DNA of 37,881 nucleotides from Candidatus Jordarchaeia archaeon (GTDB lineage Archaea; Asgardarchaeota; Jordiarchaeia; Jordiarchaeales; Jordiarchaeaceae): NCBI GenBank assembly GCA_029856435.1, contig JAHQXB010000134.1, positions 1 to 37,881 of the forward strand, read 5' to 3'. Shown piece by piece: positions 34,984 to 37,881 of this stretch (position 1 is its first letter; each line of letters starts with the position of its first letter). The notes under the pieces were generated by a model. It saw only the letters and a program-made list of their open reading frames with translations, ran no database searches and was not told where the DNA came from. The position numbers and the translations under genes were made by a program.

Positions 34984-35262
34984 TTAACCGTACTCCCAGA
35001 CGACACCTGTGCCTCCTTTTGGATAACTGAATTCAATGGCGTTTGATTCGCAGACCAGCCAGCAACTTCCGCACTCTACACATTTCTCCACATATTCCGG
35101 CGATATGAAAGCCTTACTCTTCTTTAGCTCCCAGAGCTCCATTGGACATATTTTGACGCATCTTCCGCACCCAGTACACAGAGCCTTGTTGTGGCGGATA
35201 AATTCTCCCGTCTCTCCACCGCGCTTCACCAGTTTCCTCAAATCAAATTCTTCCCTTACCAC
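34984..35262 (-). CDS. FixX-like 2x[4Fe-4S] ferredoxin
   Basis: CTGCGRCVKICP, CVECGSCWLVC and the C-terminal YPKGGTGVVWEYG FixX-type tail. GTG 35262 follows GGAGGG, just after the upstream stop. Confidence 0.85.
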   Translation of the reverse strand: MVREEFDLRKLVKRGGETGEFIRHNKALCTGCGRCVKICPMELWELKKSKAFISPEYVEKCVECGSCWLVCESNAIEFSYPKGGTGVVWEYG

Positions 35263-35264
35263 AT

Positions 35265-36656
35265 TTATCCCTCCGTCTCCAATTGTATTCCCTTCCTCTT
35301 CTTGGTTCTGAGCCACATCCAACCCAACTTCAAAAGGCTTCTAAACAGGGGTATCTGAGACCTTTGCAGTAAGGGGTAAATGTAGCTTTTGGCAAATTCC
35401 AAAATGAAGGGAACATCCTCCGAGTACCTGGAAATTTCTCTTCTAAGATTACGTATGTGGGGATTCGACCAGCTGGCCCAGAACATTAAATTGTTGGCCA
35501 GAGGAGTAATCTTAGTCCATTGGCGAGGATCAAAATAGATACCCGCCCAGAACTCCGCCCACTCCTTAGCTGTGGAAAACTCCTCTCCTATAATCGAGTT
35601 TTTCCACCTCTCCTCATAGAGCCTCAAACCAGAAGCAGATACATCCCCTTTAGATATGGCTTCTGCGGCCACCTCAGCAGCAAGCTTTCCCGAAACCATG
35701 GCATAGTGAATACCCTCAGCCTCAAGGGGGCAGGCAAACCCTGCCGCGTCGCCCACCAGCATTATCCCACCGCCATAAGTGTTTGTAGGCATCCTAGGCA
35801 TCCAGGGAAGCAAGTGTGCGTGAAACTCTCTGGGCCTTGCTTGGAGTCTATCAATAAACCTTTTCAGTGTACCGGAACTGATTACCCGCCTGAGATACTC
35901 GTAGGGTCTCTCTCCGAACCCTGAGGCAAATCTGCCCACCCACTGCCCCAGACCTACATGGAATCCCTCGGGCATCATAGCCACATAAGTGGCCGGGTAT
36001 AGGGGCGATACATAAACTTGGTTGCAATATTCTTCGGGACCAATGAGTTCATCCATTCTCGCCCTTGAGGCTTGGAAGTCGCAGTCCACCACTAGTGTGA
36101 TTTCGTCCGGTCTCCACTTGTCTCGCAGCCCTGCTTGATAGGCGATTTTTGAGACAGCTCCATCCGCTGCTATGGTTATGTCACCCTCCACTTTTTCGCC
36201 TTTATCCGTAATTATGCCCGTGACTTGGCCCCGGGAATCTTTTAAGACCCCACTGGCCAGAGTCGCCGTTCTTATTTCTGCACCAGCTTCGGAAGCTAAT
36301 TCTGCTAGGAAGCGGTCGAAATCTCTGCGGTACACATCAAACTGGAAGAATTCTCGGGCCTCTGGGTACTCTGCCAAATCGCTTGTGGACCAGCGTATCA
36401 TGAAGCGTTCCTCCAGATTTTCATCGAGCATGTGCATGGATTGGTACTTGATTTTTATGCCGGGTATGTTCATTTTTTTAATGAAGTCAAAGTCACGGAA
36501 AATTCTGGGAGCGAGGCCACATCCGGAGGAGGACTTGTCGCCAATTTTTCTTCCACGCTCAATCATTATTGTCTTTAAGCCTTTTTCGCTTGCGGTCTTG
36601 GCTGCTAGGGAGCCACCTGGACCACCACCCACTACAACAACATCGTACTTTGCCAT
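35265..36656 (-). CDS. Geranylgeranyl reductase/FixC-family flavoprotein
   Basis: YDVVVVGGGPGGS, RRDFDRFL, IAADG, MLVGDAAG, EGIHYAMVSG. Confidence 0.88.
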   Translation of the reverse strand: MAKYDVVVVGGGPGGSLAAKTASEKGLKTIMIERGRKIGDKSSSGCGLAPRIFRDFDFIKKMNIPGIKIKYQSMHMLDENLEERFMIRWSTSDLAEYPEAREFFQFDVYRRDFDRFLAELASEAGAEIRTATLASGVLKDSRGQVTGIITDKGEKVEGDITIAADGAVSKIAYQAGLRDKWRPDEITLVVDCDFQASRARMDELIGPEEYCNQVYVSPLYPATYVAMMPEGFHVGLGQWVGRFASGFGERPYEYLRRVISSGTLKRFIDRLQARPREFHAHLLPWMPRMPTNTYGGGIMLVGDAAGFACPLEAEGIHYAMVSGKLAAEVAAEAISKGDVSASGLRLYEERWKNSIIGEEFSTAKEWAEFWAGIYFDPRQWTKITPLANNLMFWASWSNPHIRNLRREISRYSEDVPFILEFAKSYIYPLLQRSQIPLFRSLLKLGWMWLRTKKRKGIQLETEG

Positions 36657-36958
36657 TGTTATTCATCTCAAAACTTTTGTGTATGCTAATTTTTGTGAAA
36701 GGTTAATTTAATAGTTCATATCCTCTATTTTTTGTTATGCTTCTACTATAGATTTTCCAATTAATTTTTTCCCATATGTTCAAGCGGTTCTTCTTTTTTG
36801 TGGTGATTCCTTTTTTGGTGGCTGGGTTGTTTGAGGGAAATCCCCGGTTTTTAACATAAACATGTATAAAGATGAGGGCTGGAAGTCATGTAGGGGAAAG
36901 GGACAGGGCAAAAACGCCACAAAACCAGCCACAAGGAGTCCCATCTGAACACATATGG

Positions 36959-37071
36959 TTTTTTCCTTTCGTTTTCAGGGAACATGGTTTTTCCGCCTTT
37001 TTTTGGGGAAAGAAGCCTTAAAAAACCCCGGTTAAGGAGAGATTGAAAAAATTAATGAATAAAATCTATAG
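36959..37071 (+). repeat. Dispersed ~115-bp repeat, copy 3
   Basis: TTTTTTCCTTTCGTTTTCAGGGAACATGGTTTTTCCGCC...GGGAAAGAAGCCTTAA-N10-TTAAGGAGAGATTGAAAAAATTAATGAATAAAATCTATAG. Confidence 0.9.
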
Positions 37072-37341
37072 TGTAGAGCTTGTGTTTTTGAAATTTTAGA
37101 GGAACTAAATTTCTGCTCCAAATAAATTCTGCTAGGAGGGTGGGATTTTCAATGTGATAATTTTGTTGGACGAAAATAAAAAAGGTTTATATAAAAAACA
37201 CCTACTAAGATTATAGCAGCACCTGGGAAATGCTTGGATTTCGAGCGGGTCTTCAAAAGAGGTTTAAAAGGTAGAACGCCTTTTGAAAAGTTGTTCTGTT
37301 TAATTAAAAATTGGGTTGATGGCGTAATAGGGGGTTAGTTT

Positions 37342-37881
37342 GTGGTTTTTGTATCTGCTATTCCAAGAGAAGTTTCAGAGGCTCTGGAAGCTCCTACCTT
37401 TTCCCTTCACATTAAGGGCGATGCGGGTACGGGTAAAACCACAATGGCCCTTGAACTAGTCCGATACCTGAATTGTTCTGCGATTTATCTGTCCACCCAT
37501 ATTTCTCCCAGTAGGGTTTATAACCAGTTTCCATGGTCTGAAACTTGCCTCCAAAAAGAAAACATCCTAGACGCTAGCGCGAGCTTGGATCTTCAAGCTG
37601 GAGAGGAGACTTTGTTTAGATACATTGATAAGCCTAGTTTCTTAAAAAACCTTTACTTCAGAGTTCTGGAGGTCAAGGGAGAACATCCAGCAATTATTGT
37701 CGATAGTGTGGATTATTTAAAGTCGAATCTTGGAATCTCGCAGGAAGATTTGAGTGTAGAGCGGGACATTCTAGACATAGCGGAGAGGGTGGATGCAAAT
37801 GTGATTTTCATAAGTGAAGAATGTGGGAAGAGTAAGTTAGACCACTTGGTGGACGGGGTTGTGAGGTTAGAGAGGGAAATT
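37342..37881 (+). CDS. RAD55/GvpD-like P-loop ATPase, paralog 2 (3'-truncated by window edge; absent from ORF track)
   Basis: From GTG 37342: MVFVSAIPREVSEALEAPTFSLHIKGDAGTGKTTMALEL...FPWSE...DANVIFISEECGKSKLDHLVDGVVRLEREI. Colinear with paralog 1. Confidence 0.88.
   Translation, partial: MVFVSAIPREVSEALEAPTFSLHIKGDAGTGKTTMALELVRYLNCSAIYLSTHISPSRVYNQFPWSETCLQKENILDASASLDLQAGEETLFRYIDKPSFLKNLYFRVLEVKGEHPAIIVDSVDYLKSNLGISQEDLSVERDILDIAERVDANVIFISEECGKSKLDHLVDGVVRLEREI

Noticed and set aside
753-36711. Numerous 60-180 aa ORFs antisense to or nested in the long genes (e.g. 3095-3634, 17101-17616, 18944-19666, 36172-36711)
   Set aside because: They are shadow ORFs of well-supported genes, with no motifs or RBS of their own.

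Overview
This is an archaeal window, probably from an Asgard archaeon. That assignment is inferred from a TM-longin-coiled-coil gene, a standalone uDENN/longin-like gene and GGAGG/GGTG-type RBSs. It is mostly anaerobic metabolism genes: a soluble TfrAB-like fumarate reductase, a glycyl radical enzyme (GRE) with an N-terminal SCP2-like domain plus its activase, a PIG-L deacetylase, an old yellow enzyme, a Tm-1-like/TIM-barrel/FAD-oxidoreductase/CCG operon, a GH94-like enzyme, a NadE-like protein and a FixC/GGR-FixX pair. It also holds TA-like modules (RHH+retropepsin, decayed vapBC, HTH-MNT+HEPN) and two RAD55/GvpD-like ATPase paralogs. Non-coding structure not in the ORF track includes a ~240-bp IS200/IS605 mini-element retaining the omegaRNA-type end and a ~310-bp ORF-less structured insertion splitting vapC (IS110/IS1111 non-coding-region-like). 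There are also three ~115-bp dispersed repeats in alternating orientation, a palindromic tandem array at 216-370, and a recurring G/T-to-C/A gradient along genes. No rRNA, tRNA or CRISPR array was recognised. All family calls come from motif recognition by eye; no searches were run.
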